A stretch of DNA of 64,000 nucleotides from Candidatus Poribacteria bacterium (GCA_965198175.1 OZ240245.1:4608001-4672000), one strand, 5' to 3'; counted from the first letter of the stretch, positions 49,301 through 59,709 are shown. Program-made: numbers and translations. The notes: generated by a model not told the origin, from the letters alone.

Positions 49301-50095
49301 GTTGAATGGCTGGCGAATGCTATCCGCGGGGAGTTTCAAGTGCGCATCACGGAAGAGCAAGAAGTCTCCGACCCCTCCTCACTTCTCCTATTGCGAAATC
49401 TACAGAATGAACAGACGGTCTTTGGACGCAAGGTTCAGCGGTATCAGCTTGGCTTCTCTCCATCATCGGTGTTCAATCTAGATGTTAGATTCAACACAAA
49501 TCAGCTCCTCAACAAACGAATCAACAACCGTGAACGCCGACGGAAAGGTAGAGATTGGGACATCCACATGACGCTTAATCCAACAGCGAAGTTCTCATTG
49601 CGTGCTAGATTGGAAGTCCGTCGTGAGCAAGATGAGTTCACCCAATTGAATCTGGAAGGCAAAGCGGCGGAGCAAATCTCCGATCTCATGCAATATGAAC
49701 GACTTAATGCAATTGAGCTCCGTTACGAACTCAGTCGCGCGGCGCGATTTGGCGTCGTCGGTAGTCACGGGATTACTTCGGATATGGAGCGCCTTGATGA
49801 CGAACCGGAGGCTCAGACACAGACGCTCTCAGTCGAGAATCAGTTGGTCTACTCCTTTATCCGCAAAGGGCGGATCGATTTCAAATATCGAATCGGCTAC
49901 GGAACCAGCGAGGGCGGCATCCCTTTTGCGCGATACAACTTCTACGAAGGAATCAGCCACGAAATCAGAGCAACCACGAGTTACAAGGTGCATAAGGTGA
50001 CAGACCTGCTGCTGAGATTCAGTTACCGATTGCTCTCGACAAAACAGCGGAAGCCTGAACATCGCATGAATATGGAGGTGGTCGCAGAGTTGTGA
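46382..50095 (+). CDS. Large putative outer-membrane beta-barrel protein
   Basis: 1237 aa; DYQIDY, LPIQPEG, RGENHDYVI motifs; alternating beta strands; start uncertain. Confidence 0.75.
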   Translation: MEKGKRDVEVYKQLYLMTHSGSPVACLPSLATRFRVFSLRKLLPLLCLLLSGIFNAAAPGADDANPTKTSTNDLQLPYISLLQKSETVQFKDFSKPFFLKHLPIVRDSETVTINGETLTKNLDYQIDYHAGTFTLLNDYPRDAFVNVSYQALPFEIKKRYKRNLFRQKQPLGEKPPAESEFGLQPEYTRQQLTEAAQPPLQVTGTQTFGVSVGSGRALSQNQELRISVDGKVSENVSVIALLSDQDLPIQPEGTTEDIQDIDQKLIRITSPNVTATLGDFEGSLGNSEFIFFPRALEGVHVEGNFKWGSFHIIPSSIPKGESASKTIRAEEGRSEYRIDVDGEFVVVKAGTEIVWLNGERMRRGENHDYVIRDYGDPIIEFTSKHLITSNDSIRIDFEFIPEDLAYQRNLQGVSGLLNLLPDGRAAVGLAYTVESDLNDPENAFIILNEQDIEDLKNNELGSDGKSLIAPQRHTVWGIEGRLLPSDGTSVEGQMAFSALDENTFSNRDAKVLSRAWKFLANSSSQKLQLNLDVRSLDAEFVPVGASSTNRTRFRYEEQYSEERFDDLYLFSASGGGQSPDERSLDFDLQFKPFGWIRLDSGLGRTEERFKIEPTIDGLAEGGVPTPHRLGESEGTGSDDITIRNNFNGGFDFKPQGGFIKRPIFPRVRSDYRSSTSKVRGQDQFRKDRTMWNIYQRIRPFNLNASIERLESIDLDASDAQNLNRKRNISTGRINLADFQWASINTEYTLEEAFDKEPLIVVDEETLAFSDWTRMTSAKTWKVGFFSRPRKWTNFSANLSRRLFKSQRPAGADSTTQLADINLRLTPFNRALDGEMVYELDKTLATERREIYTNIHPITGREIPPGEGHYVKIDELHYREDFEEGNYIRFVQNIDDKPVSAINVKFRVRLQPRRIISRRRRVRDSGASILDTFRNDTGETLSKPPAESQIDSASPINPTPPDPSLNSPSTMRDRVEWLANAIRGEFQVRITEEQEVSDPSSLLLLRNLQNEQTVFGRKVQRYQLGFSPSSVFNLDVRFNTNQLLNKRINNRERRRKGRDWDIHMTLNPTAKFSLRARLEVRREQDEFTQLNLEGKAAEQISDLMQYERLNAIELRYELSRAARFGVVGSHGITSDMERLDDEPEAQTQTLSVENQLVYSFIRKGRIDFKYRIGYGTSEGGIPFARYNFYEGISHEIRATTSYKVHKVTDLLLRFSYRLLSTKQRKPEHRMNMEVVAEL

Positions 50096-50234
50096 GGCGG
50101 AAGGAGAGTGGGAGAGACGTGTGGAAATGAAGGGGAATGGAGTCACAGGTAAAGGAAGAAGTGGGATTCGAGCACAGAATCAGGAAGTTAGCGCGAACTT
50201 GAGTTGTTTTCTGGCGTCGGGTTCTGACAACTCG

Positions 50235-52478
50235 TTAGAACTCGGTGGTAACTCCTAAGTACGGGAGAATCGGGAATTGGTAGATTTCGTCGTTGTCGGA
50301 GTAGTCTTCGCTGTAGTTGAAGGCGAGCAGGTTCTTACGGTTATAGACGTTCAAGAGTTCGAGAAAAAGGCGCATCTCCCAGCTTTCAAATCGAAACGCT
50401 TTGCTGAGTTTCACATCCAACCGGTGATAGGGCGGAAATCGCGCTGAATTTATCGCCGCGTAAATTGGGATATAGATAGGTTCGCCGTTACGCGGGTCCG
50501 CCCGAAGGTTTGCGCCGAGCACTGGTGTATAGGGGTTTCCAGTACGGTATTGCCATTTTGCGCCAATCTCCCACGTGGGAGTCGGGCTGTACGTCGCCGC
50601 AAACGTAGCAACGTGCGTTTGGTCAAACGAATAGTAGCGATACGGTCCGCCGGGGCGGTCGCGCCGTTTAGAGAGTCCGTACGCGTAGGATGCCCACCCC
50701 AAAAACCGCTCCCCGGCGCGGTGGCGTAGGAACACCTCAGTCCCCTGCGCGTACCCAACACCCTGGTTAAGATACTTTGCATCGGCGTCGAAGGTGACAA
50801 GGTCGACAAGGTTCTTGTAATAACCGGCAACTTTTAACTCTGTTGTCGACGACACTTGGCGCGTGAACTCCAATACATAGTGGCTAGCTTGGCTTGTGCC
50901 AAGGTTGGGGTTCCCAACGCTCTGAGTCAGCCTCGGCGGCCCCGGCACCTGATTATAGTTGCCATAAGCGAATTGGAGTTGAGATTCGCCCGGGATTTCC
51001 AGCAGGAGGCTTCCCCGTGGTTGGAGTGACAGTTCGTCAATACGGTTCAGGTAATCCGCGCGCAAACCGAGCACAACCGCCAAAAATGGCAACACCCGAT
51101 ACCGGTCCTGCAGATAGATTTCCATTCGACGCCCGAGGACGGATTCATCGAACGCTACCTTTTCAACAAACCGGAGATCGTAATCGGCTTCGCCCTCATC
51201 GGGCGGGCGGCTAAACCTGCCGGTGGCTGTGCCGGGTTCAATGCCGAGTATCACGCCGGATTCGAGTTGATGTTTCGGGGATAGCGTATAGGCGAGGTCT
51301 TCGCGAAGGATGTATTGTGGGGCATCGACCTTGAGAGAAAGTCCAGCACCAATATTGACGTCGAATTCGAAGTAGGACCGTGTCAAGGATAGAAAGGAGG
51401 AGAGCCGATTTGTGAGTTGGGAACGAAGGTGAACCCCAGCGCCCTCAAAGCCGCTGCCGAAGTTCAGGTCACCTCTAAAATCCTGGTCCACATCTTCGCC
51501 ATCTAGTTTGAGTGCAAAGCTGTCACCGGAGGCGAACAGGTTCATGGAGAGTTGATGTTTTGCAGAGAGACTGTAGCCTCCCTTTACCTGATAATCCCAG
51601 AACCGAGGAAAGCTGGTGATTTGTCCAGTGTTAAACGACAATGATCCCAAGAACAGATCAATGTAGCTCCGCCGTCCGGCGACATACCAGAACCCCCGCT
51701 CTCCGAGTTTCCCCTCCAGCAGCCCCTCGGAGTAAAGCAGGTTGATGTTGAACTTTGCTCGGAACCCATCAGCGTTCTCTTTCCGCGAATAGATGTCTAT
51801 CACCGCCTGAGAATCGACACCGAATTCGGCGCCGTAGCCGCCGGCGTAGACATCAATTCGCTCAATGATTTCGGAACTCAGGGACGAAACAATCCCGCCG
51901 AAATGATAGGGGTATGCGATCGGTACACGGTCAAAGTAGTAGAGGTTGTCCTCATCGGATCCGCCGCGAATATAGAGGGCGCCGCTGAAGTCGTTTGCGA
52001 CACCGACGCTGGGCAGGGCTTGCAACGCACGCAGGGAATCGCCTATCGCGCCGGGGACGCGCTGAATCTCTGAACCGCGTAGACTCTCTCTGCCGACGGT
52101 TGACGTAGGACGGTCCGTCGTCACTTCTACCTCATCAAGTAGGATTGTATCCGGCTCAAGATAAATTTTGAGTTGGGTCGTTTCCCCCGGCTTGACCGTG
52201 ACAACAACATCGCTGGAAGGGCGATAAGCGGAAGCTGTTGCGGTGAGTGTATATTCTCCGGCGGGTAGGTTGCGAATTCGAAATTCGCCGCTCGAAGCGG
52301 TTGTGATGCGTCTACCCGTTTCAACGATGCGCACCTGCGCGGAGGCGACTCGTTTTCCAGAATCCTGTTGATAGACTGTACCGTAAATTTCACCGGGGGT
52401 ATTTTGGGACTGTTGTCCAATCGCGGTACCGGGCTGGATGGATAAGATAAAAAGGAGGTAAATCGAAAGTTGCTTCAT
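50235..52478 (-). CDS. TonB-dependent receptor with N-terminal carboxypeptidase-regulatory-like domain
   Basis: Signal peptide, plug LYIRGG..N, C-terminal NVYNRKN..GVTTEF. Confidence 0.92.
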   Translation of the reverse strand: MKQLSIYLLFILSIQPGTAIGQQSQNTPGEIYGTVYQQDSGKRVASAQVRIVETGRRITTASSGEFRIRNLPAGEYTLTATASAYRPSSDVVVTVKPGETTQLKIYLEPDTILLDEVEVTTDRPTSTVGRESLRGSEIQRVPGAIGDSLRALQALPSVGVANDFSGALYIRGGSDEDNLYYFDRVPIAYPYHFGGIVSSLSSEIIERIDVYAGGYGAEFGVDSQAVIDIYSRKENADGFRAKFNINLLYSEGLLEGKLGERGFWYVAGRRSYIDLFLGSLSFNTGQITSFPRFWDYQVKGGYSLSAKHQLSMNLFASGDSFALKLDGEDVDQDFRGDLNFGSGFEGAGVHLRSQLTNRLSSFLSLTRSYFEFDVNIGAGLSLKVDAPQYILREDLAYTLSPKHQLESGVILGIEPGTATGRFSRPPDEGEADYDLRFVEKVAFDESVLGRRMEIYLQDRYRVLPFLAVVLGLRADYLNRIDELSLQPRGSLLLEIPGESQLQFAYGNYNQVPGPPRLTQSVGNPNLGTSQASHYVLEFTRQVSSTTELKVAGYYKNLVDLVTFDADAKYLNQGVGYAQGTEVFLRHRAGERFLGWASYAYGLSKRRDRPGGPYRYYSFDQTHVATFAATYSPTPTWEIGAKWQYRTGNPYTPVLGANLRADPRNGEPIYIPIYAAINSARFPPYHRLDVKLSKAFRFESWEMRLFLELLNVYNRKNLLAFNYSEDYSDNDEIYQFPILPYLGVTTEF

Positions 52479-52627
52479 TCAGTATAGATTGCCTTTAATC
52501 CTTTGAGTCCGTTCTTATGACGAAAAATCTGAAACTGAGTTTACACCATGGTGAGAAAAATCTAGAGTCCGATAGGGGCAGGATTGTGCGCCTCCGCTCC
52601 AGGGCGTAGGCGGGGTTAATTTTGACT

Positions 52628-52660
52628 GCGTTGGGTTTCACCGTGTTCAACCCAACCTAC
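52628..52660. repeat. Single GTAG-type REP
   Basis: GCGTTGGGTTTCACCGTGTTCAACCCAACCTAC. Confidence 0.7.
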
Positions 52661-52739
52661 AGGCTACTTGTCCATTGAGCCGGATTGACAATACAGGCCA
52701 ACCGTCGGATTTACACAGGCGCTGAAGAACAAACCCCCT

Positions 52740-53096
52740 CTAGCTCCCCCTTCGTAAGGGGGAGGACTCGCTGGGGAAGTCGGGCAAGGTCTGTAGGTCG
52801 CGCTGGCGGTCTTCCCAGTCGGGGACGTAGGCGGACATGTAACTCTTGAACAGCTTGCCGTGGTTCGGCACGAGGAGATGGACGAGTTCGTGGACAATCA
52901 CAACTTCACCCAACGCTATAGGCAGATCGATCAGGTCGGTATTGAGTGTCAATCGCCCGCTCGTCGATATCGAAGCCCACTTCCGCCGCATGTCCCGCAG
53001 ATGAATCTCCCGAACCTGCACACCGATGCGGTCCGCCCACTGTCGCACCGCACGTTTCAGATCGTCTGAATCGTTCCAGACACTTTCTTCCTTCAT
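52740..53096 (-). CDS. YgjP/M48-like metallopeptidase associated with type I R-M
   Basis: MRRKWAS..VHELVHL..NHG; ATGA overlap with hsdR. Confidence 0.85.
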   Translation of the reverse strand: MKEESVWNDSDDLKRAVRQWADRIGVQVREIHLRDMRRKWASISTSGRLTLNTDLIDLPIALGEVVIVHELVHLLVPNHGKLFKSYMSAYVPDWEDRQRDLQTLPDFPSESSPLRRGS

Positions 53097-55966
53097 ATTC
53101 GTTTCAAATCTAACAACGCATTCGCTACTTGGATCCGATCGCTGGTTGTTCCAATAATTGATATTAATATACGGTAGAACTTTGCCCGCAACTGGCTCCT
53201 TTGGTGTTCGTCCCACTGATAATCGGGAAACTCGCCAAAAACACCATTCAAGGCTCGCGCCTGCTCTGCGGTAATCTTTTCCGTAACGGTCTTGAGAATC
53301 GTATAAACCGCGTAGGCATTTTCGTCCAGATCCATTTGGATGCGTTCGATAGAAGCCCGTTCAAATCCCACTGCGAGCTCCCCAAACTCAAGCAATACCT
53401 GTTGCGTCGTCAGTTGTCGATTTTCATACGCCTCTGTAATTTCCTCCGCCCGCTCCCCTATCGAGATCAGAAACGGCTTTGACCGGCTTTCGTCCGTGAC
53501 CTTCTTCTGCAATAGCTTGCGCAAGTTCAGCACCTTCATCGTATCGGACATTTTGCTTTCGTGCGCTTTTTTCAGTGTGTTTGCGTTCAATTCTTGAATC
53601 GCACACGGCAGTTCAAACCGACCACTCTCTATATGTTCCTGCAATAGTTCCCGAGTCTTGGCAGTCAACTCCTTATCGACGTAAACGCGGTCGGCATAGG
53701 CGTTACGAATGAGTCCATAGAGCGATGTCAGCGCCTGATATTCCTTTATAAACGGGCGCAGAAACGCATCCGGCGAAAGGATGTTATAGAGATTCTGCAC
53801 CCCTTTGAAGAATTTGAAAAAGGCTTCTCGGCTGTCCTTGTCCTCGAAATGCTCAATCGCCCGCTCTTTCGACTTGTCGTCCCAACCGCCGGCAAAGGGC
53901 AGATACCCCGCCGCATCGTCCCGCATCCGTTTGGCGAACGCATCCTTGAGTACGTCGAGATTTTGGATCACGCTCTCCACCACGTCCGAATCAAAGGCGA
54001 GCGCCTTTTCCAGATTCTCGAAGATACCGACATAATCCATGACGAACCCATACGGTTTGACGAGCCCGTCGTCATCCTCGTATGGTCGATTGACACGCGC
54101 AATCGCCTGCAACAGCACATGGTCGCGCATCGGTTTATCGAGGTAGATGCAGTAAAGAATCGGTGCGTCGTAGCCGGTCAACAGTTTTTGGGTCACAATC
54201 AAGATTTTCGGATGCGCGGTTTTGTCGGCGAAACTCTTGCGAATCTCTTTCTCTTGTTCATCGGTGCGGTGATACGCTTTCATGGCTTCGGAGTCTTGAT
54301 TGCGCGGCGAATAGACTGCCGCCGAATATTCCGGGGGAAGATGTCTATCGAGCGCTGTCTTGTACAACGCGCACGCCTCGCGGTCGACCGCAACCAGAAA
54401 CGCCTTGAACCCCATCGGCTCGACGTTCTCCTGAAAATGCTTCGCGACAGACGCGGCAACTCCATCGACCCGATGTGGGGCTTTCATAATCTCTTTCAAC
54501 CGAACTGCGCGGTCAAGAATCGCGTTCAGTTCCTCTAAGTCACTCACGCCCTCCGCGTCCGCGAGATTCAAGAATTCCCGCTCCAACGTTTCGCGGTCAA
54601 CTCGCAGATCGGAAGGGGCGAGCGCGTAATTCAGCGGAACTGTCGTGCCGTCTTCGATGGACTCGGCGATTGCGTATTTATCCAGATAGCCCTGCTCGTC
54701 GTCCACGCCGAACACCTTAAATGTCCCTCTCCCTTGGGATAGGTTGTCGATCGGCGTGCCAGTAAATCCGATGTAGGTCGCATTGGGAAGGGCTCCCATG
54801 AGGTAATTCCCCAAATCGCCGCCGGTCGTCCGGTGGGCTTCGTCGACCAGTACAGTCACCTCCTTGCGGGTGTTGATGTTCGCCGGTATATCGTCAAACT
54901 TATGAATCATTGACACAATCAACCCGCGATAGTCGGACGCTAAAATCTCCCGTAGGTGTTTTATGCTCTTTGCAACTTCCGGCGTGGAAATACCGTAGCC
55001 GGTGATATTGCTGAAGAGCTGGCTCTCTAATTCATTTCGGTCAACTATCATGAGCACCGTGGGCTTTTCGGTCGCCCCGCCGCGGCGCAATAAGCGGGAC
55101 GCAATGGTAATCATGGTCAAGGTCTTGCCGCTGCCCTGCGTATGCCAGATTAGCCCCCGCCGCTTGATGGGGTCGTGAACCCGCTCGATGACCTTCTCCA
55201 CAGCACGGGTCTGGTGCTGGCGCAACACCACTTTAGTGAGGGCGTCGTCCCTGCTCTGGAAAATAATCATCTCCCGTAAGGTTGTCAGGAATCGATCCCG
55301 GTCAAAGAAGGTCTTGACCTTCACCTCGTAGTTCGCGGGTTCATCGGTCTTCCAGTTGAACAAGTTTTTCCGGCTGACGTTCCACGTGACGCCATAGAAA
55401 AAGTCCAAGAGTTGTGTGACGCCGAACAGTTGTGCGGAGGTGAACATCTCCGGTGTCTCCTCGTGATAGCGGCGGACCTGCCCCACGCCTATTGCTAACC
55501 CGTCCGCCTTTCCCGCGGATTTGGTCTCTACCACTGCGACCGGAATCCCGTTGATCAGGAACACCACATCTGCGCGATTTCGGTGGACCGTCCCGCGCTG
55601 CCACCATTCATCGGTCACATGAAACCGGTTATTGTCGGGGGTATCGTAATCTATCAAGGTAACGTTCCGCTCCCGGTTTTCGTCCGGGACAAAAATTGAC
55701 CGTTCCCCGCGCAGCCACGAGAGCGCGTTCTGATTCCCCTCAAGCGTCGAGTTGAGCAGATTCAATCGCCGCATAATCTCCTTGCAGAGAGTCTCGTCCA
55801 GTATGCCCCAGTTGAGCCTCATCAGTTGGGCTTCCAGTACGTCGGCAAAGTAAAGCCCAGTGTCGCCGCGGCGCATCTGTAGCGCTTCCGATGCCGAGAT
55901 AGACTCCCAGCCAATTTCAGCGGCGTATTTGAGCATCGGGTCCTGGACAGCGGAACGTTCGGACAT
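53093..55966 (-). CDS. hsdR: Type I restriction endonuclease subunit R
   Basis: DVVFLINGIPVAVVETK, WHTQGSGKT, DEAHR, FTGTP, QAIARVNR. Confidence 0.96.
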   Translation of the reverse strand: MSERSAVQDPMLKYAAEIGWESISASEALQMRRGDTGLYFADVLEAQLMRLNWGILDETLCKEIMRRLNLLNSTLEGNQNALSWLRGERSIFVPDENRERNVTLIDYDTPDNNRFHVTDEWWQRGTVHRNRADVVFLINGIPVAVVETKSAGKADGLAIGVGQVRRYHEETPEMFTSAQLFGVTQLLDFFYGVTWNVSRKNLFNWKTDEPANYEVKVKTFFDRDRFLTTLREMIIFQSRDDALTKVVLRQHQTRAVEKVIERVHDPIKRRGLIWHTQGSGKTLTMITIASRLLRRGGATEKPTVLMIVDRNELESQLFSNITGYGISTPEVAKSIKHLREILASDYRGLIVSMIHKFDDIPANINTRKEVTVLVDEAHRTTGGDLGNYLMGALPNATYIGFTGTPIDNLSQGRGTFKVFGVDDEQGYLDKYAIAESIEDGTTVPLNYALAPSDLRVDRETLEREFLNLADAEGVSDLEELNAILDRAVRLKEIMKAPHRVDGVAASVAKHFQENVEPMGFKAFLVAVDREACALYKTALDRHLPPEYSAAVYSPRNQDSEAMKAYHRTDEQEKEIRKSFADKTAHPKILIVTQKLLTGYDAPILYCIYLDKPMRDHVLLQAIARVNRPYEDDDGLVKPYGFVMDYVGIFENLEKALAFDSDVVESVIQNLDVLKDAFAKRMRDDAAGYLPFAGGWDDKSKERAIEHFEDKDSREAFFKFFKGVQNLYNILSPDAFLRPFIKEYQALTSLYGLIRNAYADRVYVDKELTAKTRELLQEHIESGRFELPCAIQELNANTLKKAHESKMSDTMKVLNLRKLLQKKVTDESRSKPFLISIGERAEEITEAYENRQLTTQQVLLEFGELAVGFERASIERIQMDLDENAYAVYTILKTVTEKITAEQARALNGVFGEFPDYQWDEHQRSQLRAKFYRILISIIGTTSDRIQVANALLDLKRI

Positions 55967-55996
55967 ATTTGTCTCCGCAAGGGTTGGCGAATGGTG

Positions 55997-56488
55997 TTAA
56001 TTGGTCTCGCCGGTAAGTTGTAACGCTTTATCAATGAGTTCCGAGCTCAGATACAAACCGTGAGCCTGCAACTCAGCAACAGGTGGCTTAATCGCATCAA
56101 TCAACCCTTTCTCCTTTGCCAATAGTAAAACCCCAATCGTTCCAGTAACCTGTAATCCCATCCGTCGGGCATGTCGCCGGGCTTTTCGCTCGTCGATAAT
56201 GACCAGACGTGCATTGTGTTCTTTAGCAAGGGCTAGAACGGATGCTTCACCGAGATTGAGTCCGGCATACGCCAAGGCGCGTTGTGGATGGGCCAAACTA
56301 ACGGTTTTTATCCAAGGGGAGCTGTCAAGCGATGCCTGACGTACGATTGGCTTGATTTCGAGAAACTCATCTTTGACCGCTGGTGGAATCCAAATTTCTG
56401 TGTAGAGTTCCCGCAAAAGAGAAAGTTGGTCAATTGACCATAGCGCAACAATCGGTGTATTATTGACGATGACTGGCTTTTCTTGCAT
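55997..56488 (-). CDS. DUF3368 PIN-domain protein (putative toxin)
   Basis: VIVNNTP, GEAS, IDERKAR, TGTIGVL. Confidence 0.88.
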   Translation of the reverse strand: MQEKPVIVNNTPIVALWSIDQLSLLRELYTEIWIPPAVKDEFLEIKPIVRQASLDSSPWIKTVSLAHPQRALAYAGLNLGEASVLALAKEHNARLVIIDERKARRHARRMGLQVTGTIGVLLLAKEKGLIDAIKPPVAELQAHGLYLSSELIDKALQLTGETN

Positions 56489-56732
56489 TTTCGAGAGATT
56501 CTTCGAGCTCTTCAGGTGTTTCTCCAAAGGGCGACAGACCGTGCCTGCCAAGAAGAAATATAAACGTGTCCCGTGGCACCCCAGCAAGTTGAGCGGCGAG
56601 TCCGGTGCTGAGTTTGCCGGCTTCGTAATATTTCAACGCCAATAACAAACGGGCTTCCTTTTCAAATTCTTCCGCCTCTTTTCCGAGAGCCGACAGAATT
56701 TCAGTTGGGTATTGAATTGCTTGTGTCTCCAA
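56460..56732 (-). CDS. UPF0175 family protein (putative antitoxin)
   Basis: LALKYYEAGKLSTGLAAQLAGV; TTG start after GGGAGG. Confidence 0.85.
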   Translation of the reverse strand: METQAIQYPTEILSALGKEAEEFEKEARLLLALKYYEAGKLSTGLAAQLAGVPRDTFIFLLGRHGLSPFGETPEELEESLENARKASHRQ

Positions 56733-56868
56733 TTTCGTGTTCCTCCCTGAATTCGGCAATTCCAAACCAATTCGTGGTACAGTGAAAACTTGCCCGATAT
56801 CCACACATCCAGCATCCTGTGGAACAATTCGTGGTTTTCCAGTCAAAATGGATAAATAAAATTTCCGT

Positions 56869-57816
56869 CTACCCCCGCACGGGCGCGTTAGCCGAAAAGC
56901 CCAGAAGATACCGCAATTGCGGCGAAAAGGTTTGCGCGATAGCCGGATCTAGGCACGATGTAAAATCGGTAAACGGCTTAAGCCATGAGCGAGAGTAATA
57001 GCAGAGGATTGCCCGCCGGGGATTGTCGGTCGCGTTGGGTCCCGAGCGGTGCCATGTATTTGAGAGCCAGATAGCGACCGAGCCGGCAGGTCCAGTCAGT
57101 ATCTTCCCGTTTTCCTGCTGTCCGCCCCATACGGGCTTTCTGCGAGTGCGATGGCTGTCAGGCACAACCTGGGTTGCCCCGTTCAGCGTTGTGAACGCAT
57201 CTAGCATCCAGGCATTCTGAATGGTCAGTGGGAAGTCCGGCAGCGGCTCCGGCAACTGACCGAGCGGCACGTCCACATGCCATGCCCCGCCTTCGTCGGT
57301 GTGCGCCCCGATACTAGTCGCGCTGCAGTCAGCGAGCACGCAATCGCCACCGAGAATCGCCCGCGCCAACGAATGCACCACCGAATGCTCTATCAGTTTT
57401 CCGAAATCCGGGGCTTTGTTGACTAAGTTCCAGATACGCTGCGACTGATCATAATCAAACAAGGTCGGCAGGTGAAGGAAATTCTTAACCACCTCGGAAG
57501 GTGAAACGGGCCACGGCGTGCCGCGATTTTGTGCACGTGTATGGCGGATTCGCCGCATGAGTCGAGCCAGTTCCGCTTCGCTGATTCGGTAGCTTTCGTT
57601 CAGATACGCTTCGATTTCGGCATCTCCCGGCAATGTAGGTCCATCTTCCGGCTCGAAGGGATCACGCCGTTCTCGTTCAAAGAGTTCCGCCGCAAGACTT
57701 CGGTAATGCCGGATTTCATCCTCGCTGAGTACGCCTTCAATTACGGCGTATCCGTGTTCAGAAAGCTGCGTGAGCGCCGATTTCAGGTCGCCGCTTGAGA
57801 CTCCATAAGTTCCCAT
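56869..57816 (-). CDS. Phytanoyl-CoA dioxygenase (PhyH) family protein
   Basis: HGYAVIEGVL, WHVD, NGATQVVPDSH, WHRSGPN..R. Confidence 0.9.
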   Translation of the reverse strand: MGTYGVSSGDLKSALTQLSEHGYAVIEGVLSEDEIRHYRSLAAELFERERRDPFEPEDGPTLPGDAEIEAYLNESYRISEAELARLMRRIRHTRAQNRGTPWPVSPSEVVKNFLHLPTLFDYDQSQRIWNLVNKAPDFGKLIEHSVVHSLARAILGGDCVLADCSATSIGAHTDEGGAWHVDVPLGQLPEPLPDFPLTIQNAWMLDAFTTLNGATQVVPDSHRTRRKPVWGGQQENGKILTGPAGSVAIWLSNTWHRSGPNATDNPRRAILCYYSRSWLKPFTDFTSCLDPAIAQTFSPQLRYLLGFSANAPVRG

Positions 57817-57942
57817 GATCTTCTTCCGATGATTTGTGTCCACGTTGTGTTGTATATATAGCCCCGGCAGAGATACCAATTATACGCCAGAAGCGATTCG
57901 GTGTCAACCTACCTCTTTTTTAGGCAGACAAAATTACAGTTT

Positions 57943-58401
57943 GTAGGTTGGGTAGAGCGGGAATGATGGAACGGGCGTAGTAATTTGTAAGTAGTTTGTA
58001 TGTTGTAATTGTTTGGTAAGTGATATGGTGTAGCGAAACCCAACGCTTTTGGGACGTTTGGGGAGGCGAGGGATAAGGTCAATACGATGACGTTTGGAAA
58101 AATGAAAAACGACAGAGTTATTGGGTAAATGGGACGGATTTTTCGTTCGGTAATCGTTTTGGTTGCCGGAGTTTTCAGAAGCGTTGGGTAGAGCGGTATC
58201 GCGGAAACATGCAACATAAGGGGGATTGGTGCCGGGGGTTGAGTGTGTTTGAAATCTGTTAGGATGTAGCGAAACCCAACGCTTTTTCTTGACTATGCTT
58301 TTGTGATGTGTTCAAACTTGTGCATTTGCTGTTTGGATCTGCCGATGAGTTCGAGACACTATAGAAACGTTGGGTTTCGCCTTCGGCTCTACCCAACCTA
58401 C
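57943..58401. repeat. Composite REPIN (GTAG-type REP cluster)
   Basis: Terminal GTAGGTTGGGTAGAGC inverted repeats; 58266-58401 is an inverted homolog of 9525-9660. Confidence 0.85.
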
Positions 58402-58443
58402 AAGAGCTGAAGAGTTGAGCTGCGCAATTTCGTTAATCACTTA

Positions 58444-59595
58444 TCACTTCCGCAAAAAGAACCTTAATGCTGCGTTTGGTCTCTGAACGACCCACATATT
58501 AGAAGCATCCCCTAATGCGCCGGGAGCGGAATGTTCGATGTGATAGTCTGTCATTTTGGGTTGTCCTAGATTACTCCATTCCTCTATTTCTTTGACGAAC
58601 GGTGCTACAAGCTCTCTATTCCCATATACGTCCATATACTTCTCTGGTTGCGGGACATATAGAGCAGGTAATTCTTTGTCTAACAGCACAGAGTACATCC
58701 CCGGTTTTCCCTTATATTCCCTTAGGATCTGCATTGGTCTCCCTTTTAGATGGAGCCAGAACGCACATTCTAAAGTAAACGCATTGGGAAGCAATACCTG
58801 TTCCGGCACCTCTTGCAGTAGTTGTGCTATCACTGAATCCCAAGGGGGTTCCAGCCAGTCCTCAGCAGGAGAATGGAAGTCTCCTTGCAGGTTCATGAAA
58901 CCCGCCCACTGGGTAATCCCTCCTACGTATCGGCTACCCTGACGATGCAACCGCAGAATCGGATCGCCAACACCCTGAGTCTTCAGAGGCATAACCAAGA
59001 TCCCGCCATCTGCTAATGATTCAACCCATGCGGGCGGAATATCCGGCGAACCAACTGTAACGATTATCCGATCAAAGGTTTCTCCGTGCCATCCATGCCC
59101 ACCGTCTCCCGTCATCAGATTGACATTTTTATACCCAACAACATTCAGGTGCTCCCTGGCTCTCTCCACTAAATCCGCTTGGAGATCGACCGAGTAGACG
59201 AGACTATCGTCCCCGACTCCAAACGCGATGAGCCCCGCATTCCATCCGCTTCCAGTCCCTACTTCCAAGACTTTAAGTCCGTGGGTCAATTCGAGGTCAG
59301 CCAGCATTTCAAAGATAAGACCGGGTTGGGATGCTGCGCTATGCGGGTCTTCTCGAATCATCAAGCCTTTATCGGAGTAGATTGTTTCGAGTTGTTCTGA
59401 TGTCGGTTCTGGCGATCCGATTTCAACAACTCCACCTGGTGCATCCTGATCGTAATATTGTTCAATGAAGCAGTGGCGGGGCACATGGAGTAAAGCCTGT
59501 CTCAACCAATCCAACCGAAGGCTACTCTTGCATGTTAAATTGTTTAAGAACTGTTCTATATGAACATGAATTCTTGTGTTCATGATGATCGCCAT
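58444..59595 (-). CDS. Protein-L-isoaspartate O-methyltransferase family protein
   Basis: VPRHCF, SQP, VLEVGTGSGWNAG, FDRIIVT. Confidence 0.85.
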   Translation of the reverse strand: MAIIMNTRIHVHIEQFLNNLTCKSSLRLDWLRQALLHVPRHCFIEQYYDQDAPGGVVEIGSPEPTSEQLETIYSDKGLMIREDPHSAASQPGLIFEMLADLELTHGLKVLEVGTGSGWNAGLIAFGVGDDSLVYSVDLQADLVERAREHLNVVGYKNVNLMTGDGGHGWHGETFDRIIVTVGSPDIPPAWVESLADGGILVMPLKTQGVGDPILRLHRQGSRYVGGITQWAGFMNLQGDFHSPAEDWLEPPWDSVIAQLLQEVPEQVLLPNAFTLECAFWLHLKGRPMQILREYKGKPGMYSVLLDKELPALYVPQPEKYMDVYGNRELVAPFVKEIEEWSNLGQPKMTDYHIEHSAPGALGDASNMWVVQRPNAALRFFLRK

Positions 59596-59709
59596 ACTAA
59601 AAAGTGAGGGAGAAACTCATCCGACCCGTCGGAAGTCCAAGGTTCAATCGACGACTGAGAACTCTTTTTCAAGGGGCATGCCAGACCTCGTACCTTGGAA
59701 TTAGCTCAT

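Noticed and set aside
57909..58217. 102-aa ORF; likewise 14263-14601 and 15187-15462
   Set aside because: They lie in or across REPIN sequence and show no protein features.
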